Origin: Bacillota bacterium
GTDB lineage: Bacteria > Bacillota > Clostridia > Christensenellales > SZUA-584
DNA length: 64,000 bases
Reading direction: 5' to 3'
Assembly (NCBI GenBank): GCA_023391105.1
Contig: JAEWBO010000033.1
Location: 2,471-66,470, forward strand
The position numbers and the translations under genes are program-made. Below the pieces are notes generated by a model. The model ran no database searches, was not told the DNA's origin, and saw nothing but the letters and a program-made list of their open reading frames with translations. This document shows, piece by piece, positions 29,336 through 41,791 of this stretch (position 1 is the first letter of the stretch; each line of letters starts with the position of its first letter).

Positions 29336-30271
29336 ATGAACAAACGTATCCTCATTTTGGGGATGATATGCGTCAGTCTGTTTCTCGCTGCATGTGCGGG
29401 AACAGTCTCTGCGCCGGCAGAGACGGCCACGCAGACGATTGCGCCGCCGCCAACAGTTTCGTCGATCGTACAGCCCACGCCGGTGCCCACCACGTCCCCA
29501 GAAGAGACGGCAGTGCCCGTTAAAGGGACGGTTACGGTTCGCGGCGGTGACACGCTTGAGCGCGATATCATACCGCAGCTCTGTGAGATTTTTTCGCAGT
29601 CTGAAGAAGATGTAAAGGATGTGCTTGCAATAGCGCAAAGCCGTTTGATAAGCGATGAACTCACAGGCTTTCAACGTATGGAGGGCATTATTGTGCCGGG
29701 CAGCTATGAGGTAACGGATCAAAGCCTTAACGATTATGTAAATATATGGATACGTGATGCGGAACGACGCTATGATAGGCTATTGGCTGCGAGCGGCGAT
29801 GCGAATAAACTTGAGGCGTGGGAACAGCTTACGCTTGCGTCCATCGTGGATTGGGAGTGCATAGGGGACGAGTTTCAGTCGGAGACGGCGGCCGTATTCA
29901 TAAACCGTATACATGACGATGCCAAGCTGCAAAGCTGCGTCACCGTGGAATACGCGCTGGGGTATGAGCGCCCGTTTTTGACGCTTGATGACATTAAAAT
30001 TGACAGTGAATACAACACATACATAACGCGCGGGCTTCCGCCGGGCCCGATATGCGCGCTGGATGAAAAAAGCCTGCTTGCGGCAATCGGCAAAGCTGTA
30101 GACGACAGCCTGTACTTTTTCTTCTATGACTATACGCTGGGGACAATGAAGTTCTTTTCCGATTACGGCGCGTTTAAGGAAGAGGCCAATATATCCAAGC
30201 AACTGTATGTGGACACGTTTGATATCGGCAAATATGATAAAGTCGATAAACGCATCGCCTTTGGACAATAA
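29336..30271 (+). CDS. mltG: YceG/MltG-like endolytic transglycosylase homologue, predicted lipoprotein
   Basis: Lipobox FLAAC, LASIVDWE (catalytic-Glu region) and YNTYITRGLPPGPI signature. Confidence 0.65.
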   Translation: MNKRILILGMICVSLFLAACAGTVSAPAETATQTIAPPPTVSSIVQPTPVPTTSPEETAVPVKGTVTVRGGDTLERDIIPQLCEIFSQSEEDVKDVLAIAQSRLISDELTGFQRMEGIIVPGSYEVTDQSLNDYVNIWIRDAERRYDRLLAASGDANKLEAWEQLTLASIVDWECIGDEFQSETAAVFINRIHDDAKLQSCVTVEYALGYERPFLTLDDIKIDSEYNTYITRGLPPGPICALDEKSLLAAIGKAVDDSLYFFFYDYTLGTMKFFSDYGAFKEEANISKQLYVDTFDIGKYDKVDKRIAFGQ

Positions 30272-30407
30272 AATTTAACATTTCGTTCTTATATTGCTTG
30301 CGGATTTGAGTTGACTGTCACGATATTTTTTGATACGATAGCGTAGGACTTAAGCGGGGATGCGACAGACCCCGCTTTTATCATCTTTATTTAGTAGGAG
30401 TATGCAG

Positions 30408-31691
30408 ATGCCGGGCATTTCAGTATTTGGTGCACAATGGGGAGACGAGGGCAAGGGACGCTTTGTTGATTACCTTGCAAACGACGCCGAAGTCGTCGTG
30501 CGTTATCAGGGCGGTAACAACGCGGGACACACGATTATCGTAGATGACGTGCAATACACGCTTCATCTGATCCCTGCGGGTTCTCTCTACGACGGCAAGC
30601 TTTGCGTGATCGGAAACGGTGTGGTGGTAGACCCCGGCGCGCTGATTGAAGAGATGGAAATGCTCCAAAAGCAGGGGCTGACTCTTGAAAACTTAAAAGT
30701 ATCGGATAGGGCGCATATGGTGATGCCCTATCATAAGCTGCTGGATGGTTTGGCTGAGGATGGCGCGGGTGACGCGCAGATCGGCACCACCAAGCGCGGC
30801 ATTGGCCCTTGCTATACAGATAAGGCCGCGCGTATCGGTCTTCGCATGTGCGATCTTTTATCCGACAGCTTTTCGGAAAAGCTGCGCACCGTGCTGGATC
30901 AGAAAAATGAGATATTAACGAAAATATACGGTCAAAATGCGCTTTGCTTTGATACGATACTCAAAGAGTTTCTTGGTTATCGCAAACAGCTGGCTCCGTA
31001 TATATGTGATACAGTCAGCCTGTGCCACAGTCTTCAAGCAAAAAACAGTAAAATGCTGTTTGAAGGCGCACAGGGCATGCTGCTTGACATCGACTTTGGC
31101 ACATACCCCTTTGTGACCTCGTCTCATCCGATTTCGGGCGGCGTGAGCGTGGGTACAGGGCTGCCGCCAGCGGCTGTAACCGAGGTGGTCGGCGTGGTCA
31201 AGTCTTATACCACACGCGTGGGCAAGGGACCGTTTGTGACCGAGCTGCTCGATGAGACGGGTGACAAGATACGTGAGAAGGGCCATGAATACGGCGCGAC
31301 GACAGGACGTCCGCGGCGCTGCGGCTGGCTTGATCTCGTGATCGTTGGATTCTCGGTGCGTGTAAGCGGCATCACGTCTATTGCGCTTTCCAGAATGGAT
31401 ACGCTGGGCGGGTTTGACAAGGTCAAGGTTTGCACCGCATACGAGATAGACGGCAAGGTGACAAATGACTATCCGGCATCTTTAGAGGACATCGCCAAAG
31501 CGAAGCCCATATACAGAGAGTTTGAGGGCTGGAGCAGTGATTTATCGCACATCAGAAGCTATGACGAGCTGCCAAAGGCAGCCAAAGAATATATTGAGTT
31601 CATCGAAAGCGAAACGGGCACGCCTGTCGGCATGATCGGCGTGGGTCCGGAGCGCAGTGAATGCATCGTCCGGCAAAAATACTTTGTCTGA
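30408..31691 (+). CDS. purA: Adenylosuccinate synthase
   Basis: GAQWGDEGKGR P-loop and GNNAGHT motif. ATG 30408 lies 7 nt after AGGAG. Confidence 0.95.
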   Translation: MPGISVFGAQWGDEGKGRFVDYLANDAEVVVRYQGGNNAGHTIIVDDVQYTLHLIPAGSLYDGKLCVIGNGVVVDPGALIEEMEMLQKQGLTLENLKVSDRAHMVMPYHKLLDGLAEDGAGDAQIGTTKRGIGPCYTDKAARIGLRMCDLLSDSFSEKLRTVLDQKNEILTKIYGQNALCFDTILKEFLGYRKQLAPYICDTVSLCHSLQAKNSKMLFEGAQGMLLDIDFGTYPFVTSSHPISGGVSVGTGLPPAAVTEVVGVVKSYTTRVGKGPFVTELLDETGDKIREKGHEYGATTGRPRRCGWLDLVIVGFSVRVSGITSIALSRMDTLGGFDKVKVCTAYEIDGKVTNDYPASLEDIAKAKPIYREFEGWSSDLSHIRSYDELPKAAKEYIEFIESETGTPVGMIGVGPERSECIVRQKYFV

Positions 31692-31756
31692 TACCGAGCT
31701 GCAATCAAAAACAGCGGTATAAAGTGCCGGAATGAAAAAAAAATAGATAAAAGTTT

Positions 31757-32024
31757 GCCGTGCCAGACGGGGAGCCAGCGGTGCCCTGAACCTGCAATCC
31801 GCTATAGCAGGGTTGGATTCCCGGTTTGAGGCACGATGTTGTAAGGTATGGAGCCGGTAAGGGGCGTTGACGAGTGGGCCCCGTGCAACGGACACCCGTG
31901 AACCCTGTCAGGCCCTGACGGGAGCAGCAGTAAGCGGATCTGTGCGTGTGCCTCGGATCAGTCTGCTCCGAGCAACCTGCCGGAATACCTCTTGTAATGT
32001 CGTGTCGATTTCCGGGTGCACGGC
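31757..32024 (+). ncRNA. ffs: Signal recognition particle RNA, large Bacillus type with Alu domain
   Basis: Near-colinear with my recollection of B. subtilis scRNA: GCCGUGC...GGGGAG..AGCGGUGCCCUG.ACCUGCAAUCCGCU.UAGCAGGG near the 5' end, a central GUCAGG.CC.GA.GGAGCAGC (domain IV) and ...GGUGCACGGC at the 3' end pairing with the 5' end. Followed by a T-run. Confidence 0.9.
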
Positions 32025-32236
32025 TTTTATTTTACCTTCTATTCTACACTTATGCTTCATATGTGGACAAACAGTAACCAAATTGTATCATTTTTTAAAC
32101 GGCAGGAAAAAATAAAAGCTTTAGAGAATAGTATCTTATAAAGCTGTTGTTTATGAAACCAAAAATGGAGGTACAATAATACATAGCTATCACGGGAAAC
32201 CGAGATATAAAAATACATAGAGAGGGGGGCAGAATT

Positions 32237-32770
32237 ATGCGCGTCATAATAGCGGGAAAGGGCATGGATGTGTCCGATTACTTGAAGGATCTCGTTTCAA
32301 AAAAGGTCTCCAAACTGAAAAGGTATTTTGACGAGGATACCGAGGCGCACATAACCATGTCGATTCAAAGATCGAGACACATTGTGGAGGTGACCATCCC
32401 CTTCGATGGGATTGTCCTTCGTGGGGAGGAAGCCACGGGAGACATGTACGCGTCGGTCGACGGCGTGATTAAAAAGCTTGAGAAACAAATCCACAAGCAC
32501 CGCACTGCGCTTAAAAGGCGACTGCACGAAGGGGCATTCACAAAGGAGGATGATGCGTATGCCGAAATTCTTGCAGAAGAGAAGCAGCCTGCCGTGGTGC
32601 GCACCAAGAAGTTCGTCGTCAAGCCGATGGACATTGAGGAAGCAAAAATGCAAATGGAGCTTTTGGGACATCAATTCTTCGTGTTCAGGAACGCGGTGAC
32701 GAACGAGATCAACGTGCTTTATCAGCGTCACGACGGTGATTTGGGACTTATCGAACCGGACAATGACTGA
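32237..32770 (+). CDS. hpf: Ribosome hibernation promoting factor, long form
   Basis: 177 aa with an S30AE/RaiA N-domain (IAGKGMDVSDYLKDLVSKKVSKLKRYF) plus a C-terminal dimerisation domain (FFVFRNAVTNEINVLYQR). Confidence 0.9.
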   Translation: MRVIIAGKGMDVSDYLKDLVSKKVSKLKRYFDEDTEAHITMSIQRSRHIVEVTIPFDGIVLRGEEATGDMYASVDGVIKKLEKQIHKHRTALKRRLHEGAFTKEDDAYAEILAEEKQPAVVRTKKFVVKPMDIEEAKMQMELLGHQFFVFRNAVTNEINVLYQRHDGDLGLIEPDND

Positions 32771-32778
32771 TGAAATAC

Positions 32779-32806
32779 AAAAGGCGGGGAGACCCGCCTT
32801 TTTCTT
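32779..32806. terminator. Bidirectional terminator shared by hpf and purL
   Basis: AAGGCGGG GAGA CCCGCCTT stem-loop flanked by an A-run and a T-run. Confidence 0.8.
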
Positions 32807-32834
32807 GTATATGGGAACTTGCTATCCAATTCTT

Positions 32835-35800
32835 CTACAAAAAATATTTCACACCACTTTCAAATATGTGCTGATCCTTATCGCCAGGTGCGTTTTTGAG
32901 CGTGTGCGCCGTGTAGCGCTCGCTGTGCGCCATTTTGCCGAAAATCCGTCCGTCGGGGGAGAGCAGCCCTTCTACGGCCAGCAATGACCCGTTGGGATTG
33001 CCGTCGCCCATTGTGGGCTTACCGTTTTCGTCTACATATTGCGTGGCAACCTGCCCCGCTTCGAAAAGCGCCATGGCTTCTTCCGGACGCGCCGCAAAAC
33101 GGCCTTCGCCGTGGGATACCGCCACCGTATGGATATCGCCGGGCTGACAGCCCATCAGCCACGGGGAAGCGTTTGAAGCGATGCGGGTGCGTACCGCTGT
33201 GGATACATGGCGGCCGATGTTGTTGAACGTGAGTGTCGGGCTGTCATCTTTCAAGTCTCGAATTTCTCCGTATGGCACAAGACCTAATTTGATGAGCGCC
33301 TGAAAGCCGTTGCATATGCCTAAGATCAGGCCATCGCGGTCCAGCAGATTCTGAACCGCAGCCTTGACATGCGGTTCGCGGAACAGCGCCGCAATAAATT
33401 TGCCAGAGCCGTCCGGCTCATCGCCGCCCGAAAAACCGCCGGGGAACATGAGTATCTGGCTTTGCTCAATACGTTTTGCCAGCTCGCCTATGCTGTATTC
33501 GATGTCTGTCGCCGACAGATTGCGGATCACGAATGTATCCGCGACGCCGCCCGCACGGTTAAACGCGTTGGCAGAGTCGTATTCGCAGTTGGTACCCGGA
33601 AAAGCGGGAATGATCACGCGTGGTTTTCCACTTTGCCCCGAATTGGTGTGGATAGATACGGCGGTGAACAGCTTGTCCGGCGTATCACCCTGCGCCTCCG
33701 CACGAACGGGGAACACACGGCTCAAAGTGCTTTCATATGTGTGCTGCAGATCATCAAGTGATATCGATTCGCCCGCCACGGTGATGCCGTTGCCGCTTGT
33801 CTGGCCGATGCACTCAAAACCCAAATCATCGCCTTCGAGTATGATGTCACCGTACGCCTTATTGGTGAGCTCATCGAGATCGCAAATGCTCAAAACCGCG
33901 CCGATGCTGTTGCCAAGCGCCATTTTGGCCACAGCGGCGAGAATGCCGCCGCGCTCCACAGCGCAGGCTGCGTAAATTTTCTTATTGATGATGCTGTCGA
34001 GTATCTTGGCGTAAACCTCTTTGACGTTTTCAAAATCTGGCATACCGTTGCTGTCGCGGCGGATGCGCGCGCGATAGATGTTGCTGCCCGCTTTTTTGAA
34101 CTCAGGAGATATGACGCAAGCCGCGTTTTGCGTGCATAATGCAAAAGACACGAGTGTGGGCGGCACGTGGATATCTTCAAATGTGCCGGACATAGAATCC
34201 TTGCCGCCGATCGCGGGTGTGCCCAGCTTGCGCTGCGCCCACCATGCGCCGAGCAATGCCGCAAGCGGTTTGCCCCAGCTTGCTTCCGTACGCATGCGTT
34301 CGAAATACTCCTGAAACGTGAGCCACGCGCGGGATGCGTCGCCGCCGGTGGCCGTGAGCTTGGCGAGCGAGAGCACCACCGAATAAACCGCGCCCAGCAG
34401 CGGGTTCTTCTCCATTAAGTACGGGTCAAAACCGTATGAAAACAGTGTGGCGGTATCGCATTCGCCATCTGAGGCGACCTTGGCCGCCATCGCCTGCATG
34501 GGCGTAAGCTGCTTTTTACCGCCCAGCGGCATGACCACGGAAGAAGCGCCGATGGTGGAATCGAACATCTCGATCAGCCCCTTTTTGGAGCAGATGTTTA
34601 AGTCACCCATTATTGCATGAAGCCGCTGCGAAAGCGAGCCTGAGAACGGCTCATCGAATATTCCGTCTGATTCTAAGCTTGATATATGCGCGCTGGCCGT
34701 GGCTGTCGCGCCGTTGGTGTTTAGAAACGCCCGCGATATAGAGACGATGGGTTTGCCGCGCCAGAAAAGCTCCATACGTCCCGCGTCTGTGACCTCAGCC
34801 ACCTTTGCGGCGTGAAGGTTCTCCTGTGCCGCAAGAGCGAGCACCGCATCGAGGTCCTCGGGGTCGATCACGACCGCCATACGTTCCTGACTCTCGGAAA
34901 TGGCAAGCTCAGTACCCGATAATCCATCATATTTCTTGCGTACAAGGTCAAGGTTGACGTTGACGCCGTCTGAAAGCTCGCCGATGGCGACACACACCCC
35001 GCCCGCTCCAAAATCGTTGCAGCGCTTGATACGGCGGGAGAATTCGCAGTTTCTGAAAAGCCGCTGAAGCTTGCGCTCGGTTAACGGGTTGCCCTTTTGC
35101 ACCTCCGCGCCGCACACGTCAATAGACTGTTTGTCGTGGGCCTTGGATGAGCCAGTGGCGCCGCCGCAGCCGTCGCGGCCTGTGGCACCGCCGAGCAGCA
35201 GTATATAGTCGCCAGCCTTGGGTGTCATGCGAACCACATTATCGGCGGGCGCTGCGCCCACCACCGCGCCGATTTCCATACGCTTGGCCTTGTAGCCATC
35301 GTGATAGATTTCATCGACCAGCCCTGTTGCAAGGCCGATTTGGTTGCCGTAAGAGGAATACCCTTCGGCAGCACTCCGGCTGATTTTTCTTTGCGGCAGC
35401 TTGCCAGCCAGCGTATCGCTGATGCGTTCGCGCGGGTCGCCGCTGCCAGTCACGCGCATGGCATGATACACATAGGAGCGCCCCGATAACGGATCGCGGA
35501 TCGCGCCGCCAAGGCATGTGGCCGCGCCGCCGAAAGGCTCGATCTCTGTGGGGTGGTTGTGCGTTTCGTTCTTGAACATGATAAGGTAATCGCGCAGCTG
35601 ACCATCCACCATCACCTTCTGACGGATGGAACACGCGTTGATCTCGTCGGACTCGTCGAAATCGGCCATGAGGCCTTTTCTTTTGGCTTCTTTTGCATAA
35701 AGCGTGGCCAAATCCATCAGACAGATGTCTTTTTCGCGGTCTCCGTAAAGGTCCTTGCGCGTTTTTAAATATTCATTGTAAATCTCTTTGGCCTGCGTTG

Positions 35801-36530
35801 CAGTGTCGTCGAAGGAGACGTTTTCCAGTCTCGTTAAGAACGTGGTGTGGCGGCAGTGATCCGACCAGTAGGTATCGATCACGCGCAGCTCCGCAAGCGT
35901 GGGGTCTCTGTGCTCTTCGCCGCAGAAATAGCCCTGAACAAACCTTAAGTCTTCATAGCTCATCGCAAGCGCGTATTCGCTGAGCATCTCTCTCAGGTCG
36001 TTTTCTCCGAGCGTACAAAAACCGTTCAGAACAGGCACATCGGGCGGTTCAGGGAGTGTTTCGGCGAGCGTATCGGGCAGATCGAAAGACGCTTCCCGGG
36101 AATCGACGGGATTGATCACATATTTTTTGATATCTTCGACATCGCTGTCCTCTAATCCTGAGAGCACATAGACCGATGCGCAACGAACAATGGGGCGTCT
36201 GCACCGCACAGCCAGCTCGCAGCATTGCGCGGCACTGTCCGCGCGCTGGTCGTACTGACCCGGCAGGTATTCCACTGCGAACACGGCATCGTTTGCATGT
36301 CGCTCAAAAGTGTCATAATAAACGATATCGACAGGTGGCTCCGCAAACACCGTCCCCACAGCGGCGTCAAAGCTTTGGTCATCCATGCCCTCGATGTCGT
36401 ATCGAATCAATATGCGCACATCAGTTAAAGCGCTTTTACCGAGCGTGCTTCTAAAATCCGCAAAGAATTTTTTCGCGGCAATATTGAACCCGTCTTTTTT
36501 TTCCACATATATTCGTCTGACCTGCGACAT
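32835..36530 (-). CDS. purL: Phosphoribosylformylglycinamidine synthase, single-chain large form
   Basis: 1231 aa with AIR-synthase-like repeats and a C-terminal GATase domain (GICNGFQAL). Confidence 0.93.
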   Translation of the reverse strand: MSQVRRIYVEKKDGFNIAAKKFFADFRSTLGKSALTDVRILIRYDIEGMDDQSFDAAVGTVFAEPPVDIVYYDTFERHANDAVFAVEYLPGQYDQRADSAAQCCELAVRCRRPIVRCASVYVLSGLEDSDVEDIKKYVINPVDSREASFDLPDTLAETLPEPPDVPVLNGFCTLGENDLREMLSEYALAMSYEDLRFVQGYFCGEEHRDPTLAELRVIDTYWSDHCRHTTFLTRLENVSFDDTATQAKEIYNEYLKTRKDLYGDREKDICLMDLATLYAKEAKRKGLMADFDESDEINACSIRQKVMVDGQLRDYLIMFKNETHNHPTEIEPFGGAATCLGGAIRDPLSGRSYVYHAMRVTGSGDPRERISDTLAGKLPQRKISRSAAEGYSSYGNQIGLATGLVDEIYHDGYKAKRMEIGAVVGAAPADNVVRMTPKAGDYILLLGGATGRDGCGGATGSSKAHDKQSIDVCGAEVQKGNPLTERKLQRLFRNCEFSRRIKRCNDFGAGGVCVAIGELSDGVNVNLDLVRKKYDGLSGTELAISESQERMAVVIDPEDLDAVLALAAQENLHAAKVAEVTDAGRMELFWRGKPIVSISRAFLNTNGATATASAHISSLESDGIFDEPFSGSLSQRLHAIMGDLNICSKKGLIEMFDSTIGASSVVMPLGGKKQLTPMQAMAAKVASDGECDTATLFSYGFDPYLMEKNPLLGAVYSVVLSLAKLTATGGDASRAWLTFQEYFERMRTEASWGKPLAALLGAWWAQRKLGTPAIGGKDSMSGTFEDIHVPPTLVSFALCTQNAACVISPEFKKAGSNIYRARIRRDSNGMPDFENVKEVYAKILDSIINKKIYAACAVERGGILAAVAKMALGNSIGAVLSICDLDELTNKAYGDIILEGDDLGFECIGQTSGNGITVAGESISLDDLQHTYESTLSRVFPVRAEAQGDTPDKLFTAVSIHTNSGQSGKPRVIIPAFPGTNCEYDSANAFNRAGGVADTFVIRNLSATDIEYSIGELAKRIEQSQILMFPGGFSGGDEPDGSGKFIAALFREPHVKAAVQNLLDRDGLILGICNGFQALIKLGLVPYGEIRDLKDDSPTLTFNNIGRHVSTAVRTRIASNASPWLMGCQPGDIHTVAVSHGEGRFAARPEEAMALFEAGQVATQYVDENGKPTMGDGNPNGSLLAVEGLLSPDGRIFGKMAHSERYTAHTLKNAPGDKDQHIFESGVKYFL

Positions 36531-36804
36531 ATTCCGTACATTCTCCTTTGATGTTGGTAAAAACTTTGGGCTTACACCCTATATATGTGCAGTATAAATG
36601 TTTTTTTGTTCGTGTGCAAGGACACGGTAAAAAGCACCACGAAAAAGTGATACAAAGATGAGCAGATTGTGAATTTGATGAAAACCCTCTTTTAAAAAAA
36701 TGAAATTTCGACTATAATATATATAATATTGTAGAGTTTAAACCACACCCCCAAAAGCTGTGCTTTTCGGGAGCCAATAATCAAACGCTTGACGGAGGAT
36801 TTTT

Positions 36805-38999
<2,195 letters not shown>

Positions 39000-39011
39000 G
39001 GGGTGGGCAAT

Positions 39012-41471
39012 ATGGATGAGAAAAGAAAAGCTATACAACCGATTAATATAGAAAAAGAAATGAAGACGTCGTTCATATCGTATGCGATGGCGGTTATCAT
39101 CAACCGCGCATTGCCCGATGTGCGTGACGGGCTAAAGCCCGTTCACCGGCGTATACTCTATTCGATGCACGAGCTTGGCAACACACCGGACAAGCCGTTC
39201 CGTAAATCTGCGCGTATTGTGGGCGACGTGCTGGGTAAATACCATCCGCACGGTGATTCGGCTGTGTATATGTCAATGGTGCGTATGGCGCAGGATTTTT
39301 CCACGCGTCATCTGCTGGTTTCCGGCCACGGCAACTTCGGCAGCGTAGACGGTGATTCGCCGGCTGCGATGCGTTATACCGAAGCACGGCTGTCACCTAT
39401 CTCCATGGAGCTGCTGCGCGACCTTGAGAAGGACACGGTGGATTTTTATCCGAACTTCGACGAAACCTTGATGCAGCCCACGGTGCTGCCTTCAAAATTT
39501 CCGAATCTGCTTGTTAACGGCACAGGCGGTATCGCGGTGGGCATGGCGACCAACATTCCGCCGCACAACCTGGGCGAGGTAATTGATGCGGCAATATGCC
39601 TGATCGACGATCCGGAAGCGGGTGTGGATACGCTGATGCAACACGTCAAGGGCCCGGATTTCCCGACAGGCGGTATCGTGATGGGAACAGCAGGCATCAT
39701 GCAGGCCTATCACACAGGGCGCGGAAAAATATGTGTACGCGCGCGCGCCGAAATCGACGAGTTTAAGGCAGGACGGCAGCGTATTATCGTGAGCGAGATA
39801 CCTTACCAGGTCAACAAGGCGGCGCTGATTGTGCGTATCGCTGAGCTGGTGCAGGATAAGCATATCGAAGGCATTTCAGATATTCGTGACGAGAGCGATA
39901 AACGCGGCATGCGTATTGTGATTGAGCTTAAGCGTGACGTCAACGCAAACGTGATACTGAACCGCCTTTACAAGCATACACAGATGCAGGATACGTTCGG
40001 CGTGATCATGCTGGCGCTGGTGGATGGCGCACCTAAGGTCATGAACTTAAAGGAACTTCTTTATCATTACCTTGAGCATCAAAAGGTCGTGATCGTGCGC
40101 CGTACGAAGTTTGAGCTGGAAAAAGCCGAAGCGCGCGCTCATATACTCGAAGGCCTCATCATCGCGCTTGATAACATCGATGAGGTCGTGGAGCTTATCA
40201 AAAAATCACCTGACGCGCCGACTGCAAGAGAAGGCCTCATGACGCGTTTTGGTCTCTCCGATAAACAGGCGCAGGCGATACTCGATATGCGTCTTCAGCG
40301 TCTGACCGGTCTGGAACGCGAAAAAATTCAAAGCGAATATGAGAAGCTGCTTGAGCGCATTGCTTATTATAAGCAGGTCCTCGCCACACCGCAGATGGTG
40401 CTCGACATCATCAAGGAGGAAATGCTCGAGATCAAGGAAAAATTCGCGGATGAACGCCGTACCGAGATCACATTCAGTGCTGACGACATCGACCTTGATG
40501 AGCTGATACAGGAAGAAGAGATGGTGGTGACGCTGACGCACTTCGGGTATGTTAAACGCATACGCTCCGATGCCTACCGCACTCAGAAGCGCGGCGGCAA
40601 GGGCGTCACGGGATTGTCCACACGCGAGGAGGATTTTGCGGAGCATGTGATGGTAACCTCCACACACAGTCATCTGCTGTTCTTTACGAATCAAGGCCGG
40701 GTTTACCGCCGCAAGTGTTACGAGCTGCCCGAAACGGGACGAACGGCGAAAGGCATGGCAATTGTCAATCTGCTGTCGCTGGATGCGGGAGAAAAGGTAT
40801 CTGCCGTGTTCCCGATTGCGGATTTTTCGGACGACACGAAGCTTGTGATCGCGACAAAAAATGGATATATTAAAAAGACGTCGGTGAGTGCGTTTAAGAA
40901 TATCCGCCAGAACGGACTCATTGCGGTGGGTCTGCGGGAAGGCGACGAGCTGATCGGCGTCAGAGAGACAAGCGGAAAAGACGAGCTTATTATGGGCACG
41001 GCGCAAGGCATGTCTGTGATGTTTAACGAGGAAGACGTGCGAGATATGGGACGCACGGCCATGGGCGTGAAGGCTGTGGCGCTTCGCGAAGGTGATAGTG
41101 TGGTCGGTATGGGTATTGTTCGTCCGGATTGCGATGTGCTTGTCATATCCGAGAACGGATACGGTAAACGCACCCCGGTATCCGAATACAAGGTGCAAAG
41201 ACGCGCGGGCATCGGTATCAAAACACTAAAGGTTACAGAGAAGACGGGTATCATGTGTGCGATCGGTATCGTGGACGGCAGCGAAGATATCATGCTCATC
41301 AACGATGCGGGTGTGATCATTCGGACGACGGTGAATGAGATCTCCGTTTTCGGTCGGGATACGCAGGGAGTGAAGCTCATGAATGTGGATGAGGACACAC
41401 GCGTGGTATCGGCGGCCCTTGTTCCGCATGATGACGAGGTCGAAGAGGAAACAGATCAGGCGCAAGAATAA
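39012..41471 (+). CDS. gyrA: DNA gyrase subunit A
   Basis: [12 protein letters not shown], the AAMRYTE catalytic-Tyr motif and C-terminal beta-pinwheel repeats. GTG 39003 is an alternative start. Confidence 0.97.
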   Translation: MDEKRKAIQPINIEKEMKTSFISYAMAVIINRALPDVRDGLKPVHRRILYSMHELGNTPDKPFRKSARIVGDVLGKYHPHGDSAVYMSMVRMAQDFSTRHLLVSGHGNFGSVDGDSPAAMRYTEARLSPISMELLRDLEKDTVDFYPNFDETLMQPTVLPSKFPNLLVNGTGGIAVGMATNIPPHNLGEVIDAAICLIDDPEAGVDTLMQHVKGPDFPTGGIVMGTAGIMQAYHTGRGKICVRARAEIDEFKAGRQRIIVSEIPYQVNKAALIVRIAELVQDKHIEGISDIRDESDKRGMRIVIELKRDVNANVILNRLYKHTQMQDTFGVIMLALVDGAPKVMNLKELLYHYLEHQKVVIVRRTKFELEKAEARAHILEGLIIALDNIDEVVELIKKSPDAPTAREGLMTRFGLSDKQAQAILDMRLQRLTGLEREKIQSEYEKLLERIAYYKQVLATPQMVLDIIKEEMLEIKEKFADERRTEITFSADDIDLDELIQEEEMVVTLTHFGYVKRIRSDAYRTQKRGGKGVTGLSTREEDFAEHVMVTSTHSHLLFFTNQGRVYRRKCYELPETGRTAKGMAIVNLLSLDAGEKVSAVFPIADFSDDTKLVIATKNGYIKKTSVSAFKNIRQNGLIAVGLREGDELIGVRETSGKDELIMGTAQGMSVMFNEEDVRDMGRTAMGVKAVALREGDSVVGMGIVRPDCDVLVISENGYGKRTPVSEYKVQRRAGIGIKTLKVTEKTGIMCAIGIVDGSEDIMLINDAGVIIRTTVNEISVFGRDTQGVKLMNVDEDTRVVSAALVPHDDEVEEETDQAQE

Positions 41472-41526
41472 AGCCTCGAATGACGAATATATCGTGATGC
41501 AAGGAATACAAATTTTTGTAGGGACT

Positions 41527-41555
41527 ATTGCATTTGTATACCACATGTTGTACAA
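41527..41555 (+). promoter_or_regulatory. Sigma-A-type promoter inside the gyrA-downstream spacer
   Basis: TTGCAT (41527-41532), 17-nt spacer, TACAAT (41550-41555). Confidence 0.5.
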
Positions 41556-41706
41556 TTCCTTTGACTATTTTATTTGTACATACAGCGGTAAGCACTTGCA
41601 GCCAATAACCGCGAAATATGCGTATTCCTTCATCCGGTCAGCGCTTAAGCGTGCAGCGCGGTGTGTAGAGGGGGCTTAAACGAATTGAAGGGATATGCCA
41701 AGGATG

Positions 41707-41740
41707 CGGGAGGGGACTTTCGCCTCTCCCGTATTTTTAT
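41707..41740 (+). terminator. Intrinsic terminator about 50 nt upstream of the binding-protein CDS
   Basis: CGGGAGGGG / CCTCTCCCG 9-bp stem (one G-U pair), 7-nt loop, then TATTTTTAT. Confidence 0.7.
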
Positions 41741-41791
41741 TACGGGGTCTCCGAAAAGCGCAGCTTTTTGGGTAAGGCAGGGGTAGCCGGT

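Noticed and set aside
32062-32070. Isolated DnaA-box-like 9-mers (TGTGGAcAA here; TTgTCCACA at 50050-50058; gGTGGATAA near 59350)
   Set aside because: These are single one-mismatch sites far from oriC, as expected by chance in 64 kb.
31542-32115. 117-aa minus-strand and 82-aa plus-strand ORFs
   Set aside because: They overlap the SRP RNA gene, whose sequence matches the Bacillus-type SRP RNA end to end.
33364-35983. Several 70-200-aa plus-strand ORFs
   Set aside because: All are antisense to the 1231-aa purL gene.
36531-36700. Possible purine or ZTP riboswitch upstream of purL (minus strand)
   Set aside because: I found no UAUAAU...GGAUAUGG...CCGUAAA purine core and no CCGCCUGGGC ZTP motif. 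The one hairpin present is not followed by a U-tract.
40206-41398. 330-aa and 226-aa minus-strand ORFs
   Set aside because: Both are antisense to gyrA, low in complexity (Arg/His/Ser-rich), and carry no translation signals.
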